50,960 nucleotides of DNA from Bacillota bacterium (GCA_050260815.1 JBLNCQ010000069.1:1-50960); one strand, 5' to 3'. Positions 35,958 to 46,882 are shown, counted from the first letter of the stretch. Notes: generated from the letters alone by a model not told the origin. Numbers and translations are program-made.

Positions 35958-36776
35958 CTACTTCCCTCCTTCCGCGGGCTTCGCGCCTGAACCGGCCGCG
36001 GCCGGCGGCCTGGCGGTCTCGGCCTGCCAGTCCTTGAAGACGCCCAGCGGGTAGACCGGCACCATCTTCTCCTCCACCCACTTCAGGGCCTCCACCGGAG
36101 TCATCCCCCAGTTGGTGGGGCAGGTGGACAGGACCTCCACCAGCGAGAAGCCCTTGCCCTCGAGCTGCGTCTGGAAGGCCCGCTTGATGGCGGATTTGGT
36201 GCGGCCCAGGTGGGCCGGGTTGTGAGTGGAGGTGCGGGCGATGAACGCCGCGCCTTCCTGCAGGGCCAGCATCTCGCTCAGGTGAATGGGCGAGCCGGAC
36301 CAGGACTTGTCGCGCCCAAAGGGGGTCGTGGCTGTCTTCTGGCCAAGCAGCGTGGTGGGGGCCGCCTGGCCGCCGGTCATGCCGTAAATGGCATTGTTGA
36401 TGAAGATGATGGTGATCTTCTCGCCGCGCAGCGCCGCGTGGATGACCTCGTTGGTGCCAATGGAGGCCAGGTCGCCGTCGCCCTGGTAGGTCCAGACCAC
36501 CAGGTCCGGACGCACGCGCTTGATGCCGGTGGCCACGGCCGGGGCGCGCCCGTGGGCCGCCTGCTGCATGTCACACTCAAAGTAGTTGTAGGCCAGCACC
36601 GAGCAGCCCACGGAGGCGATGCCCACCGCCCTGTCCGTCAGGCCCAACTCGTCCATGACCTCGGCCACGATGCGGTGGGTAGCGCCGTGGGTACAGCCGG
36701 GGCAGTAGTGGCTGGAGACGTCGGAAAGGGCCTTGGGGGGCTGGTAAACGGGAATGCGATCGACGATGGTGCTCAA
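35958..36776 (-). CDS. 2-oxoacid:ferredoxin oxidoreductase beta (TPP-binding) subunit
   Basis: [35 protein letters not shown]; TTG start overlaps the alpha-subunit stop. Confidence 0.92.
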   Translation of the reverse strand: MSTIVDRIPVYQPPKALSDVSSHYCPGCTHGATHRIVAEVMDELGLTDRAVGIASVGCSVLAYNYFECDMQQAAHGRAPAVATGIKRVRPDLVVWTYQGDGDLASIGTNEVIHAALRGEKITIIFINNAIYGMTGGQAAPTTLLGQKTATTPFGRDKSWSGSPIHLSEMLALQEGAAFIARTSTHNPAHLGRTKSAIKRAFQTQLEGKGFSLVEVLSTCPTNWGMTPVEALKWVEEKMVPVYPLGVFKDWQAETARPPAAAGSGAKPAEGGK

Positions 36777-37900
36777 CGCGCCACACCTGCCTCGTTGCCG
36801 GCGGCTTGCCCGACTTCCCGGCCGGCGGCCTTCTTGATCTCGGCCAGCACATCGCGTGGAATCGGCCACATGCCGCCCATGCGGCCGTAGAAGTGAACCG
36901 GCAGCCGGCCGTTCAGGGCCAGCCGCACGTCCTCCACCATCTGGCCGGCGCTCATCTCCACAGTGAGAACCGAGCGGACGGTATCAGGCAAATTGGCAAA
37001 GGCCTCGTCCGGGAACGGCCAGAGGCTGATGGGCCGGATCAGGCCGACCTTGATGCCTTCCTGCCGGGCCATGGCAATGGCCGACTTGACGACGCGGGCG
37101 GTGGTGCCGTAGGCGACGCAGACGACCTCGGCCCCGTCTGGAATGATGGACTCGTAGATGACCTCGTCGGAGTGCATCTCCGTGAACTTGGCCTGGAGCC
37201 GCAGATTGTGCGCTTCCAGTTCCTCCGCGGCCAGGTAGAGCGAGTTGACCACGTTGCGGCTGCGCGTGCCCTGGCGCCCGGTGGTGGCCCACGGCTTGGC
37301 GACCTCGGCCGGCTGCTCGGTGGGGAAGACGACAGGCTCCATCATCTGACCCAGGATGCCGTCGCCCAGAATCATCACCGGGCTGCGGTAGCGGTCGGCC
37401 ACATCGAAGGCGCGGATGGTCAGGTCAACCAGTTCCTGCACCGTGGCGGGGCCGTACACGACCAGCCGGTAGTCGCCGTGCCCGCCGCCCTTCGTTGCCT
37501 GGAAGTAGTCCGACTGGCCGGGCATGATGGATCCCAGGCCCGGGCCGCCGCGCATGATGTTGACGATGACCGCGGGCAGTTCCGCGCCGGCAATGTAGGA
37601 GATGCCCTCCTGCTTGAGGCTGATGCCCGGGCTGGAGGAGGAGGTCATGACGCGGACGCCGGCGCCGGCGGCGCCGTAGACCATGTTGATGGCCGCCAGT
37701 TCCGACTCGGCCTGCAGGAAGACGCCGTCCTCCTCGGGCATGCGCCGCGCCATGTAGGCGGGCAGCTCGGACTGGGGGGTGATAGGGTAACCGAAGAAGG
37801 CCCGGCAGCCGGCGCGAATGGCCGCCTCGCCCAGGGCCTCGTTGCCCTTCATGAGAACCGGCACGCCGCCGGCCGGGGCGGAAGACGCGGACTTGGTCAC
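36773..37900 (-). CDS. vorB: 3-methyl-2-oxobutanoate (2-ketoisovalerate):ferredoxin oxidoreductase alpha subunit
   Basis: [52 protein letters not shown]. Confidence 0.88.
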   Translation of the reverse strand: MTKSASSAPAGGVPVLMKGNEALGEAAIRAGCRAFFGYPITPQSELPAYMARRMPEEDGVFLQAESELAAINMVYGAAGAGVRVMTSSSSPGISLKQEGISYIAGAELPAVIVNIMRGGPGLGSIMPGQSDYFQATKGGGHGDYRLVVYGPATVQELVDLTIRAFDVADRYRSPVMILGDGILGQMMEPVVFPTEQPAEVAKPWATTGRQGTRSRNVVNSLYLAAEELEAHNLRLQAKFTEMHSDEVIYESIIPDGAEVVCVAYGTTARVVKSAIAMARQEGIKVGLIRPISLWPFPDEAFANLPDTVRSVLTVEMSAGQMVEDVRLALNGRLPVHFYGRMGGMWPIPRDVLAEIKKAAGREVGQAAGNEAGVAR

Positions 37901-38166
37901 GATGCCTTCCTCCCTTCTCCGGCCGGGGCCGGCTTGGCCGGCCTGGCCGGGCGGTAGACGCTGATGACCGCGTCCGGGCAGACCCGGGCGCAGAGGCCGC
38001 AACTGGTGCAGGCCTCCTGGTCCGTCACCGTGGCGGGACGGTAGCCCAGCTTGTTGATGCGGGTGTCCAGCGAGATGATCTTCTGCGGGCAGACGGAGAT
38101 ACAGACCTCGCAGCCCTTGCAGCGATCCTCGCGGAACACCACGCGCTCCATGACAATCTCGCCCAT
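37897..38166 (-). CDS. 2x[4Fe-4S] ferredoxin-like delta subunit
   Basis: [12 protein letters not shown] and [12 protein letters not shown]. Confidence 0.92.
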   Translation of the reverse strand: MGEIVMERVVFREDRCKGCEVCISVCPQKIISLDTRINKLGYRPATVTDQEACTSCGLCARVCPDAVISVYRPARPAKPAPAGEGRKAS

Positions 38167-38259
38167 GCGGCTGACGCCTCCCTTGAGCTGACGTGGGCCC
38201 GGGCTCATGCCGGGCCTGGAAGGAACAGGCGGCGGCAGGCCCGCCGCGGAACACCGGCT

Positions 38260-38931
38260 CTATTCCCAGGGCGTGAGCAGGTAGCGGTGCAGGGGCCAGA
38301 CGGGAACGTCAAAGTCGGCCGGAGACAGGCCGGACGCCAGGTGCTCCGGCACGACCACGGCCACCAGGGGGAGGCCCGCCTGTCCCGCCACCTCACGCAG
38401 CAACTGGTAGTCCTCCCGGACCTGCGCCAGTTCCGTCGCCGCCGCCAGGTTGCCGTTGGCGATGAGGCCGGTCAGGGCCAGGCCGGACATGGACTCCAGC
38501 CAGGCGCGGAAGGCCAGGATGGCCTCCGGGGTGGCCGTCTGAGGCCGGCGCGGGTTGACCACCAGGAAGGCCTCGTACTGGCCGGGCGGGAAAAAGCGCC
38601 GGAGCCCCGCCAGGGCCCGGGCGCCTTCATCGCCGCCAACGTCCACGAAGGTGTGAACCTGGGGGTTGTCCAGGGAGCGGTCCAGCGACATGGGAAGGAT
38701 GGGCAGGTCCGCCTGGTCAAACCCGGTCTCCGGCGCAACCAGGCGCACGCCGGCTTCCTCCAGCGTCTGCCGGAGGTCCCGGGAACGGAAGAAGGGCGTC
38801 ACCACATCCAAATCCACCAGCGCAGTGGGGGTCCCCCGCGCGGCCTCGGCCAGCGCCCGGTTGATGGCCAGTTCCGTCTTGCCGCTGCCGAAATGCCCCA
38901 GGAACAGCGTCCGGCGCACATTGCGGGACAC
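38260..38931 (-). CDS. P-loop NTPase associated with Vor operons
   Basis: [33 protein letters not shown]; alternative start at 38952. Confidence 0.8.
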   Translation of the reverse strand: MSRNVRRTLFLGHFGSGKTELAINRALAEAARGTPTALVDLDVVTPFFRSRDLRQTLEEAGVRLVAPETGFDQADLPILPMSLDRSLDNPQVHTFVDVGGDEGARALAGLRRFFPPGQYEAFLVVNPRRPQTATPEAILAFRAWLESMSGLALTGLIANGNLAAATELAQVREDYQLLREVAGQAGLPLVAVVVPEHLASGLSPADFDVPVWPLHRYLLTPWE

Positions 38932-39077
38932 GGCCTTCACCCCCGTTTTCATTGTAGGGTTGCGGTTCCCGCCGTCTCAATAACACAAAGTGACTAGCGA
39001 TTTGACCCATTGGGGCTAGTGGCGGGCAGGACTTTTGCCGTACGGGTCAGGCAGATATTTCCTTCGCGTGTGACAGA

Positions 39078-39136
39078 AGGAGTTTGCCATACCCGACGAG
39101 AATACGTGCAATCGGTTGCACATGAAATCGGTTGCA
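39078..39136 (+). promoter_or_regulatory. mal promoter region with tandem LacI-type operators
   Basis: TGCAATCGGTTGCA (39107-39120) and TGAAATCGGTTGCA (39123-39136); overlapping AGGA-N18-GAAT (sigH-like) and TTGCCA-N17-TGCAAT (sigA-like). Confidence 0.7.
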
Positions 39137-39153
39137 CAAGGGAGGGACAGTCC

Positions 39154-40254
39154 TTGGCCATTACCATCCGCGAAGTGGCGGCACGGGCTGGCGTCGCTCC
39201 CTCCACCGTCTCCCGGGTTCTGGCCGGCAGTTCCCGCATCAGCCCTGAGACCCAGGAGCGGGTGCGCCGGGCCATGAAGGAACTCAAGTACCACCCGCAC
39301 GCCCTGGCCCGCGGCCTGGCCCGCAAGTCCAGCGGCACCCTCGGCCTCATCATCGCCCGGCCGGCGGAGCAGGCCTTCTCCAACCCCTTCTTTGCGGAGG
39401 TCATCCGCGGCATCGGCTCGGTGCTGGAGGGGGAGAGCTACAACCTCCTGCTGGCCGCCGTCTCCAGCCCGGAGAAGGGCCGGCAGGAATGCCTCAGGAT
39501 GCTGCGAGGCCGTCAGGTGGACGGGGTCATCCTCAGCAGCTCGCGGGTCGGCGACCGTCTGGTGGAAACGCTGGTGCGCGACCAGATGCCCTTCGTCCTC
39601 ATTGGGCGCGCCCTCCGTTCCGACCTGACGGAGTTGTCACCGGTCCTGTCCGTCAACAACGACAACATCGAAGTCGGCCGCACCGTCACGGCCCACCTGC
39701 TGTCCCAGGCGCGGCGCCGTGTGGCCTTCCTGTCCGGACCCCAGGACCTGGTGGTCAGCCAGGACCGCCGGCGGGGCTATGAGGAAGCCCTGACCGCCGC
39801 CGGACTGGCCGTAGACGAGCGGCTCATCGCCTGCTGCGACTTCGCCCGCGAGGGCGGCTACCGGGGCATGCAGGCCGTCCTGGACAGCGGCGTCAGGCCT
39901 GACGCCGTGTTCGCCGCCGATGACATGGTGGCCCTGGGAGCTCTGAAGGCTCTGACCGAGCGGGGACTGGACGTGCCGGGCGACGTGGCCCTGGCCGGCG
40001 TGAACGATGACCCGGCCGCCTCGCTGGTCTCCCCCGGGCTGACCACGGTGCGCATCTCGGTATTCGACATGGGCGTCAGGGCCGCCCAGCTTCTTCTACA
40101 GCGCGTGCGCCGCTCCGGCGAAGCGCCGCTTCACCAGAGCGTGCTGCTGCCGACCGAACTCATCGTTCGGGGGTCAAGCCTCACCCATCACCGGGAAAGG
40201 GGGTCGAGATCGGAGCAGGCTGGCGGGCTTCCCGGTCTTGAGATCCTTCCATAG
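39154..40254 (+). CDS. LacI family regulator (MalR-like)
   Basis: TIREVAARAGVAPSTVSRVL HTH; NPFFAEVIRGI; SD GGGAGG then TTG. Confidence 0.92.
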   Translation: MAITIREVAARAGVAPSTVSRVLAGSSRISPETQERVRRAMKELKYHPHALARGLARKSSGTLGLIIARPAEQAFSNPFFAEVIRGIGSVLEGESYNLLLAAVSSPEKGRQECLRMLRGRQVDGVILSSSRVGDRLVETLVRDQMPFVLIGRALRSDLTELSPVLSVNNDNIEVGRTVTAHLLSQARRRVAFLSGPQDLVVSQDRRRGYEEALTAAGLAVDERLIACCDFAREGGYRGMQAVLDSGVRPDAVFAADDMVALGALKALTERGLDVPGDVALAGVNDDPAASLVSPGLTTVRISVFDMGVRAAQLLLQRVRRSGEAPLHQSVLLPTELIVRGSSLTHHRERGSRSEQAGGLPGLEILP

Positions 40255-40288
40255 GATGCTGAGAGAAGCAAAGGAGAGGGAAAGAAGC

Positions 40289-41515
40289 ATGAAGCGTTGG
40301 CAGAAGTCCCTGGCACTGGTGGCAGTCCTCGCGCTCGTGGCCGGCGTGCTGGCCGGCTGCGGCGGCGGCAGCACCACCCCGGCACCCACGGAACAGCCCA
40401 AGCAGAAGGTCTCCCTGACCGTCTTTACCCACCTGACCGACCCCGAGATCGAGGCCCTGAAGAAGATCGGCGACGAGTGGGCCAAGCAGACCGGCAACGA
40501 GGTCAAGGTGCTCAAGAGCACCGCCGACTTCCAGGCCGAGTCCACCGCCGCCATGAACAAGAAGTATGACATCATGTTCGGCCTGGCCCACGACAACCTG
40601 GGCACCTTCCAGAAGGCCGGCCTGCTGGCCCAGGTTCCGGCCGGCATCATGAACGACGCCGACTACGTGCCGGTCGCCGTCTCCGCCGTAACCATCGGCG
40701 GCAAGAAGTACGCCGTGCCCGTCGCCCTGGAGACCTACGGCCTGTTCTACAACACCGACAAGGTGAAGGAAGCCCCCAAGAGCTTTGAGGAACTGGTCAC
40801 GGTTGCCAAGGCTAACGGCGGTTTCGCCTTTGACATCAACAACTTCTACTATAGCTTTGCCTTCCTCTCCGCCAACGGCGGCTATGTCTTCAAGGACAAG
40901 GGCGGCACCCTGGACCCCAGCGACATCGGCCTCGGCAACGAGGGCGCCGTTAAGGGCTGGGACTTCCTGCAGAAGCTGGTCACCCAGGAGAAATTCATGG
41001 ATAAGGCCATCGCCGGCGACATCGCCGAGGGCCTGTTTACCAAGAAGCAGACCGCGTTCTTCATCTCCGGCCCCTGGTCGGTCAACGGCCTGAAGAAGGC
41101 CGGCGTCAACTTCAGCGTTATCCCGCTTCCCACGCTGGCCGGCGGCACCCCCAAGCCCTTCGTGGGCGTGCAGGCCGCTTACGTCAACAGCAAGAGCGAC
41201 AACCAGGAGGCCGCCTGGGAACTGATGAAGTTCATGATGGAGAAGACCTCCACCCTGTACAAGGTCGGCAACCGTCTGCCGGTGCTGAACAGCGTCATCG
41301 GCAGCGACGAGGTCAAAAACGACCCGGTCCTGTCGGGCTTCATCAACTCCTCCAAGAACGGCGTCCCGATGCCCAACATTCCTGAGGTTCAGGCCATGTG
41401 GACGCCAGGCGCCAACGCCCTGAAGGCCCTCACCGCCGGCCAGCTCACCCCCCAGAAGGCGGCTGAGCAGGTTGTGGCCCAGGTGAAGGACGGCATCGCC
41501 AACCAGCAGAAGTAG
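40289..41515 (+). CDS. malE: Maltose/maltodextrin ABC substrate-binding lipoprotein
   Basis: Lipobox LAGC; AHDNLG, ETYGLFYN, SGPW, PMPNIPEVQAMW. Confidence 0.88.
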   Translation: MKRWQKSLALVAVLALVAGVLAGCGGGSTTPAPTEQPKQKVSLTVFTHLTDPEIEALKKIGDEWAKQTGNEVKVLKSTADFQAESTAAMNKKYDIMFGLAHDNLGTFQKAGLLAQVPAGIMNDADYVPVAVSAVTIGGKKYAVPVALETYGLFYNTDKVKEAPKSFEELVTVAKANGGFAFDINNFYYSFAFLSANGGYVFKDKGGTLDPSDIGLGNEGAVKGWDFLQKLVTQEKFMDKAIAGDIAEGLFTKKQTAFFISGPWSVNGLKKAGVNFSVIPLPTLAGGTPKPFVGVQAAYVNSKSDNQEAAWELMKFMMEKTSTLYKVGNRLPVLNSVIGSDEVKNDPVLSGFINSSKNGVPMPNIPEVQAMWTPGANALKALTAGQLTPQKAAEQVVAQVKDGIANQQK

Positions 41516-41544
41516 CACCCGTACGCAGCAAGCAGCGACGTCTC

Positions 41545-41575
41545 TGCGGGGGCGGGACGGACTCCCGCCCCCGCA
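41545..41575 (+). terminator. mRNA-stabilising stem-loop after malE
   Basis: TGCGGGGGCGGGA/TCCCGCCCCCGCA, 13-bp stem with no U-tract. Confidence 0.55.
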
Positions 41576-41600
41576 CTACCTTGTCTGGAGGTGACGCGGC

Positions 41601-42530
41601 GTGAAGGCTACGGCCGGCCGGCGCCCCCGCTGGCGCTCCCTGGTGCCCTACGCCTACCTGAGCCCGGCGCTCCTCACCATTGCCGTGATCAGCCTGATAC
41701 CCGTTATCTACACCTTCTATATCTCCATGACTAACTACAACCTCAACCACTTCAGCGACCCCAGCTTCATCGGCCTGGCCAACTACAAGGAGATCATCGC
41801 CGGCGACCTGCTGAAGGAGATGGCCCCGGCCTTCGGCTGGACACTGATCTTCGCCGCCGTCGGCACCCTGCTCGCCTATACCGTGGGCCTATTCCTGGCT
41901 GTGCTGCTCAACAACCCCTTCCTGCGGGAGAGCAGCCTCTACCGCGCCATCCTCATCCTCCCCTGGGCCTTGCCGGGTGCCATTGCCATCCTGGCCTGGT
42001 CCGGACTGCTGAACGACGGCTACGGGGCCATCAACGCCGCGCTGACAGGCCTGGGGCTGCCCAAGGTGCCCTGGCTGGGCGATCCCCTCTGGGCCAAGAT
42101 ATCCGTCCTGATGGTCAATACCTGGCTGGGCTTCCCCTTCATGATGAGCCTCGCCCTCGGCGGGCTGCAGGCCATTCCCGACGAACTCTACGAGTCGGCG
42201 GAACTGGACGGAGCGGGCTGGTGGTCCTCCTTCCGGCACATCACCCTGCCCATGCTCACCGGCTTCTCGCTGCCTCTGATCATCAGCACCTTTGCCTATA
42301 ACTTTAATAACTTTGGCGCGGTTTATCTGCTGACCCACGGCGACCCGCAGGTGGTGGGCCAGACCTACGCCGGCAGCACCGACCTCCTGGTCTCCGTGGC
42401 CTACAAACTCACCCAGACCCACTTCCAGTGGGGGCTGGGGGCCGCCCTCAGCGTCTTCCTGTTCCTCCTGGTGGCCACCCTGTCCATGATCAATTTCACC
42501 GTGGCCGGCACGTTCAAGGAGGTGGACTAG
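41601..42530 (+). CDS. malF: Maltodextrin ABC permease
   Basis: NTWLGFPFMM, ELYESAELDGA (EAA loop), FAYNFNNF. Confidence 0.88.
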   Translation: MKATAGRRPRWRSLVPYAYLSPALLTIAVISLIPVIYTFYISMTNYNLNHFSDPSFIGLANYKEIIAGDLLKEMAPAFGWTLIFAAVGTLLAYTVGLFLAVLLNNPFLRESSLYRAILILPWALPGAIAILAWSGLLNDGYGAINAALTGLGLPKVPWLGDPLWAKISVLMVNTWLGFPFMMSLALGGLQAIPDELYESAELDGAGWWSSFRHITLPMLTGFSLPLIISTFAYNFNNFGAVYLLTHGDPQVVGQTYAGSTDLLVSVAYKLTQTHFQWGLGAALSVFLFLLVATLSMINFTVAGTFKEVD

Positions 42531-43463
42531 ATGGCGGCGGTCAGCGAACCTCGGGTGGGGGCGCCCGCCATGGGCGCTGATCCCACGGCCATGCCCCAGA
42601 CGCGCGCCCGGACCCGTGCCCGCATGTACCGCAAGCCGCGGCGGCACGAGGTGATCCAGCTTTGGATCAGCCGGGTCATCATCTGGCTCGCCGTCATCGG
42701 CGTGCTCATCCCCCTGGCCTGGGTGGTGTCCGCCTCGTTCTCCGCCGGCGACGCCTTCTTCTCCGACTCCATCATCCCGACCAGGTTCACGCTGGAGAAC
42801 TACCAGGTGGTCTTTGGCCAGACCGACTACCTCATCTGGCTGAAGAACACCCTCATCCTGGCAACCATCGTTGGCTTTATCCAGATGTTCGTCACCGCCC
42901 TGGCCGCCTACGCCTTTTCCCGCCTGCGTTTTCCGGGCCGCCGCTACGGCCTGATGGGACTCCTGCTGCTGCAGATGTTTCCCAACTTCCTCTCCGTGGC
43001 CGCCCTTTACGTTCTGTTCAGCAAACTGGACCTGATTGATAGCCTGCTGGGCATGGGCCTCATTCTGGTGGCCGGCAACGCCTTCAACATCTGGATTATG
43101 AAAGGCTATATCGACGGTCTGCCGCGAGCCCTGGACGAGGCGGCCAAGGTGGACGGCGCCACGGACTTTCAGGTGTTCTGGAAGATCGTGCTGCCGCTCA
43201 GCCTGCCCATGCTGGCCGTGCAGTTCCTGTGGGCCTTCATGGGTGTGTTCAACGAGTATATCCTGTCGTCGCTGCTCATCCAGAGCCCGGAGAAGTTCAT
43301 CATGGGCCCCGGCATGCAGAAGTTCATCTACAACCAGTTTTCCGTGCACTGGACGCAATTTGCGGCGGCCGCCGTGGTCACGTCGCTGCCCCTGGTCATC
43401 CTCTGGATGGCCCTCCAGCGCTACATTGTCGCCGGCCTGGCCAAGGGCGCGGTGAAGGAGTAG
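42531..43463 (+). CDS. malG: Maltodextrin ABC permease
   Basis: AYAFSRLRFPGR, QMFP, LDEAAKVDGA. Confidence 0.88.
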   Translation: MAAVSEPRVGAPAMGADPTAMPQTRARTRARMYRKPRRHEVIQLWISRVIIWLAVIGVLIPLAWVVSASFSAGDAFFSDSIIPTRFTLENYQVVFGQTDYLIWLKNTLILATIVGFIQMFVTALAAYAFSRLRFPGRRYGLMGLLLLQMFPNFLSVAALYVLFSKLDLIDSLLGMGLILVAGNAFNIWIMKGYIDGLPRALDEAAKVDGATDFQVFWKIVLPLSLPMLAVQFLWAFMGVFNEYILSSLLIQSPEKFIMGPGMQKFIYNQFSVHWTQFAAAAVVTSLPLVILWMALQRYIVAGLAKGAVKE

Positions 43464-43470
43464 TGACCCC

Positions 43471-45261
43471 ATGAACAGGGCAGCCGTCTTCCACCGTGTC
43501 ACTGCCCCCTACGCCTACCCCGTGGGCTCCGATCACCTGCGGGTGGTGCTCCAGGCGGCGCGGGGCGACCTGGTCCGGGTCACCGTCACCTTCCGGGACC
43601 GCTACGACCCGGACACCGCCAACCAGTTCCTGCCCATGACGCGGGAGGCCCACGATCGGCTGAACGACTATTGGGCGGCCACCGTGCCGTGCCGCCGCGC
43701 CCACTACCATTTCCACCTGGTGGACGCCGCCGGTGAAGAGGCCTGGTTCGGTGAGACCGGACTCCGGCAGGGCTCTGGCCAGGCCCCGGCGGACGGGGGG
43801 TTTCAGTTTCCCTACATCGCCCCGGGCGACCGGTTCCAGGTGCCGTCCTGGCTGGACGGGGGAACGGTCTTCTACCAGATCTTCCCCGACCGCTTCGCCA
43901 ACGGCGACCCGGGCAACGACCCGCCCGGCACCGTCCCCTGGGGTTCTCCGCCTACCCGCGAGGACCTGCAAGGCGGCGACCTGAAGGGCATCATCCAGCA
44001 TATCGGGCACCTGCAGGACCTGGGCGTGGGCGGGCTCTACATGACGCCCATCTTCGCGTCCACCTCCAACCACAAGTACAACACCCGCGATTATTACCGC
44101 ATCGATCCCGGTTTCGGCGACGAGGACGACCTGAAGGCCCTGGTGGAGGCGGCGCATGAGCGGGGCATCCGCGTTCTGCTGGACGCCGTGTTTAACCACG
44201 CCGGCCACGACTTCTTCGCCTTTGAGGACTGCATTCGCAATGGCCGGTCGTCCCGCTACTGGGACTGGTTCCGCATTGAGGGCGACGCCGTCCGCACGGA
44301 GGACCCCTGTAACTATGAGACCTTCGCCACGCGCCTGACCTACATGCCCAAGCTGATGACCCAGAACCCGGAGGTGGCGGCCTACCTGCTGGACGTGGCC
44401 GAACACTGGCTGCGGCGGGCCGGCATCGACGGCTGGCGGCTGGACGTGGCCAACGAGGTCGACCACGCTTTCTGGCGGGCCTTCCGGCAGCGGGTGAAGG
44501 GCGTCAACCCTGAGGCCTGGATTCTGGGCGAGATCTGGCACGACAGTCTGGAGTGGCTGCGCGGCGACCAGTATGACTCGGTGATGAACTACCCCTTCCG
44601 CGACGCACTTCTGGCCTTCTTCCGCGGGGAGGAGGATGCGGAGCACCTGGACGCCCGCCTGGCCCGGCTTCGCTTGCAGTACCCCTGGCACGTGACCGCC
44701 AACCTGCTGAACCTGCTGGGCACTCATGACACGCCGCGCATCCGTACCCTGATCGGGCGAGAGAAGAGCCTCCTGGCAGCCGTCCTCATGATGACCTACC
44801 CCGGTGTGCCCCTCATCTACTATGGCGACGAGGTGGGCATGGAAGGCGGTCAGGACCCGGGCTGCCGCGGCGCTATGGACTGGTCGGGACAGACCTGGGA
44901 CCGCGCGGCACTGGACCTCTACCGGAGGCTGGTACAGATCCGCAGGGCCTTCCCCTGGCTGCGCGACGGAGGCTTCAGGACGCTTGCGGCGGAACCCGGC
45001 GGCGCGCTCTTCGGCTTTGAGCGGACCGCCGCCCTCCCTGGCTTCCCCGGCCGCGAGCAGCGCCCCGGGCGCCTGACTACACTGGTCAACGGCGGGGCAT
45101 CCGCAGTCGGCGTGAGCCTGCCGGCGGACGGGCCCATGGTGGACCTGCTGGACGGCGAGACGCACCCTGCCGTTGCCGGCCGGCTGCCCCTGACGCTGAT
45201 GCCCGGGCAGGCCATGGTGCTGGCTCCGGAGCAGCAGGCTGCCGCCGCCCGGCTGGCCTGA
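43471..45261 (+). CDS. GH13 cyclomaltodextrinase / neopullulanase / maltogenic amylase
   Basis: N-terminal domain; FYQIFPDRF, DAVFNH, GWRLDVANE, GEIW, GTHD. Confidence 0.92.
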   Translation: MNRAAVFHRVTAPYAYPVGSDHLRVVLQAARGDLVRVTVTFRDRYDPDTANQFLPMTREAHDRLNDYWAATVPCRRAHYHFHLVDAAGEEAWFGETGLRQGSGQAPADGGFQFPYIAPGDRFQVPSWLDGGTVFYQIFPDRFANGDPGNDPPGTVPWGSPPTREDLQGGDLKGIIQHIGHLQDLGVGGLYMTPIFASTSNHKYNTRDYYRIDPGFGDEDDLKALVEAAHERGIRVLLDAVFNHAGHDFFAFEDCIRNGRSSRYWDWFRIEGDAVRTEDPCNYETFATRLTYMPKLMTQNPEVAAYLLDVAEHWLRRAGIDGWRLDVANEVDHAFWRAFRQRVKGVNPEAWILGEIWHDSLEWLRGDQYDSVMNYPFRDALLAFFRGEEDAEHLDARLARLRLQYPWHVTANLLNLLGTHDTPRIRTLIGREKSLLAAVLMMTYPGVPLIYYGDEVGMEGGQDPGCRGAMDWSGQTWDRAALDLYRRLVQIRRAFPWLRDGGFRTLAAEPGGALFGFERTAALPGFPGREQRPGRLTTLVNGGASAVGVSLPADGPMVDLLDGETHPAVAGRLPLTLMPGQAMVLAPEQQAAAARLA

Positions 45262-45292
45262 CCCCCTCACGCAGGAAAGGGGACATCCCATT

Positions 45293-46882
45293 TTGCGCCG
45301 ATTCTTGGTTCTGGCCGCTCTGACGGCCCTCCTGTCCGCCTCCCTGGGTCTGACGCCGCCCCCGGCGGCGCACGCCGCCGAGCCCCAGGGGAGCGTTTCG
45401 CGGGACGTGGGGCAGCGGCCGCCCCAGGACGACATCATCTATCTCATCATGACCGACCGCTTCCTCAACGGCGACACCAGCAACGACTTTGACGTCAACC
45501 GGGACGACCCCCAGGCCTACCACGGCGGCGACCTGCAGGGGGTCATGAACAGGCTGGACTACCTTCAGTCGCTGGGCGTCACCGCCATCTGGCTGACGCC
45601 GGTGGTGCAAAACCAGGACCGCGGCTACCATGGCTACTGGGCCACCGACTTTGAGACGGTGGACCGCCACCTGGGGTCGCTGGAGACGCTGCGGGCCCTG
45701 GTGCAGCAGGCGCACCAGCGCGGGATCAAGGTGCTGCTGGACGTGGTGGTGAACCACACCGGCCCCGCCCACCCCTGGGTCGGCGATCCGGCCCACCAGG
45801 ACTGGTTCCACCAAGGCGGGCCCATCGCCGACTGGAACGACCAGGCCAGCATCGAAAACGGCTGGCTCTATGACCTGCCGGACCTGGCGCAGGAAAACCC
45901 GGCGGTGAGCGACTACCTGCTGCGCGTGAGCCGCGACTGGATAACGAAGACGGGCGTGGACGGCTTCCGCCTGGACACCGTGCGCCACGTGCCCAAGACC
46001 TTCTGGACAACCTACGCCGCCGCCATGCACACGGCCAAACCGGGCTTCTTCCTGATGGGCGAGGCCTGGAACAGCGACCCGTCCTACATTGCCGATTATC
46101 AGAAGGCGGGCCTGGACGCGCTGGTGGACTTCCCCCGGCAGCAGGCCATTCAGAACGTCTTTGTCGCCGGAAATGACCCCTCCACGCTGCACGACCTGCA
46201 GGCGGAGGAGGACCGGGTCTTCGCCGACAGCAGCCTGGTGGCCACCTTTGTGGACAATCACGACATGACCCGCTTTGTCACCGCCGCCGGCGACGACGGC
46301 GAGGCCCGCCTGCGGGCCGCTCTGGCCTACCTGCTGACCGCGAAGGGGATTCCCATCCTCTACTACGGCACGGAGGTGGCCCTCCCCGGCGGCAACGACC
46401 CGGACAACCGGCGAGACATGGCCTTCGGCTCCAACCCCGCCATGACGGAGTGGGTCCAGAAACTGACGGCCCTGCGCCAGTCCCTGCCCGCCCTGCGGCG
46501 CGGCGGGTACGTGCCCCTTGCCGCCGCGCCCGGCGGCGCTGTTCTGGCCTACGCAAGAACCACGGCGGAGCCCGCGGAGACCGCCGTGGTGGTCATCAAC
46601 ACCTCGGGCGAGACGCAGCAAGCCTCCGTGACCATGCCGGCACAGGCCGGCGTCCAGGCGTCCCTGCTCCGCAACCGCCTGGGGCCGGACGCGGAGATTG
46701 CAAGACTTCGGTCTGCCGCCGAGGGCTGGACCGTCCAGGTCACCCTGCAGCCCTACCAGGCTCTGGTGCTGGTTCCGTCCCCGGGTGCGCCCGTAGGGTT
46801 CGCCACGCCGGCGGCTGCGGCAGCCGCGCTGGCCGCGCTGGCCGTGATCTGGGCTCGCAGCGCCCGGAGGGGGCGAGCATGA
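45293..46882 (+). CDS. Exported GH13 alpha-amylase with C-terminal membrane anchor
   Basis: Signal peptide (AHA-A); YHGYW, DVVVNH, GFRLDTVRH, GEAW, FVDNHD; C-terminal hydrophobic helix plus basic tail. Confidence 0.9.
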   Translation: MRRFLVLAALTALLSASLGLTPPPAAHAAEPQGSVSRDVGQRPPQDDIIYLIMTDRFLNGDTSNDFDVNRDDPQAYHGGDLQGVMNRLDYLQSLGVTAIWLTPVVQNQDRGYHGYWATDFETVDRHLGSLETLRALVQQAHQRGIKVLLDVVVNHTGPAHPWVGDPAHQDWFHQGGPIADWNDQASIENGWLYDLPDLAQENPAVSDYLLRVSRDWITKTGVDGFRLDTVRHVPKTFWTTYAAAMHTAKPGFFLMGEAWNSDPSYIADYQKAGLDALVDFPRQQAIQNVFVAGNDPSTLHDLQAEEDRVFADSSLVATFVDNHDMTRFVTAAGDDGEARLRAALAYLLTAKGIPILYYGTEVALPGGNDPDNRRDMAFGSNPAMTEWVQKLTALRQSLPALRRGGYVPLAAAPGGAVLAYARTTAEPAETAVVVINTSGETQQASVTMPAQAGVQASLLRNRLGPDAEIARLRSAAEGWTVQVTLQPYQALVLVPSPGAPVGFATPAAAAAALAALAVIWARSARRGRA

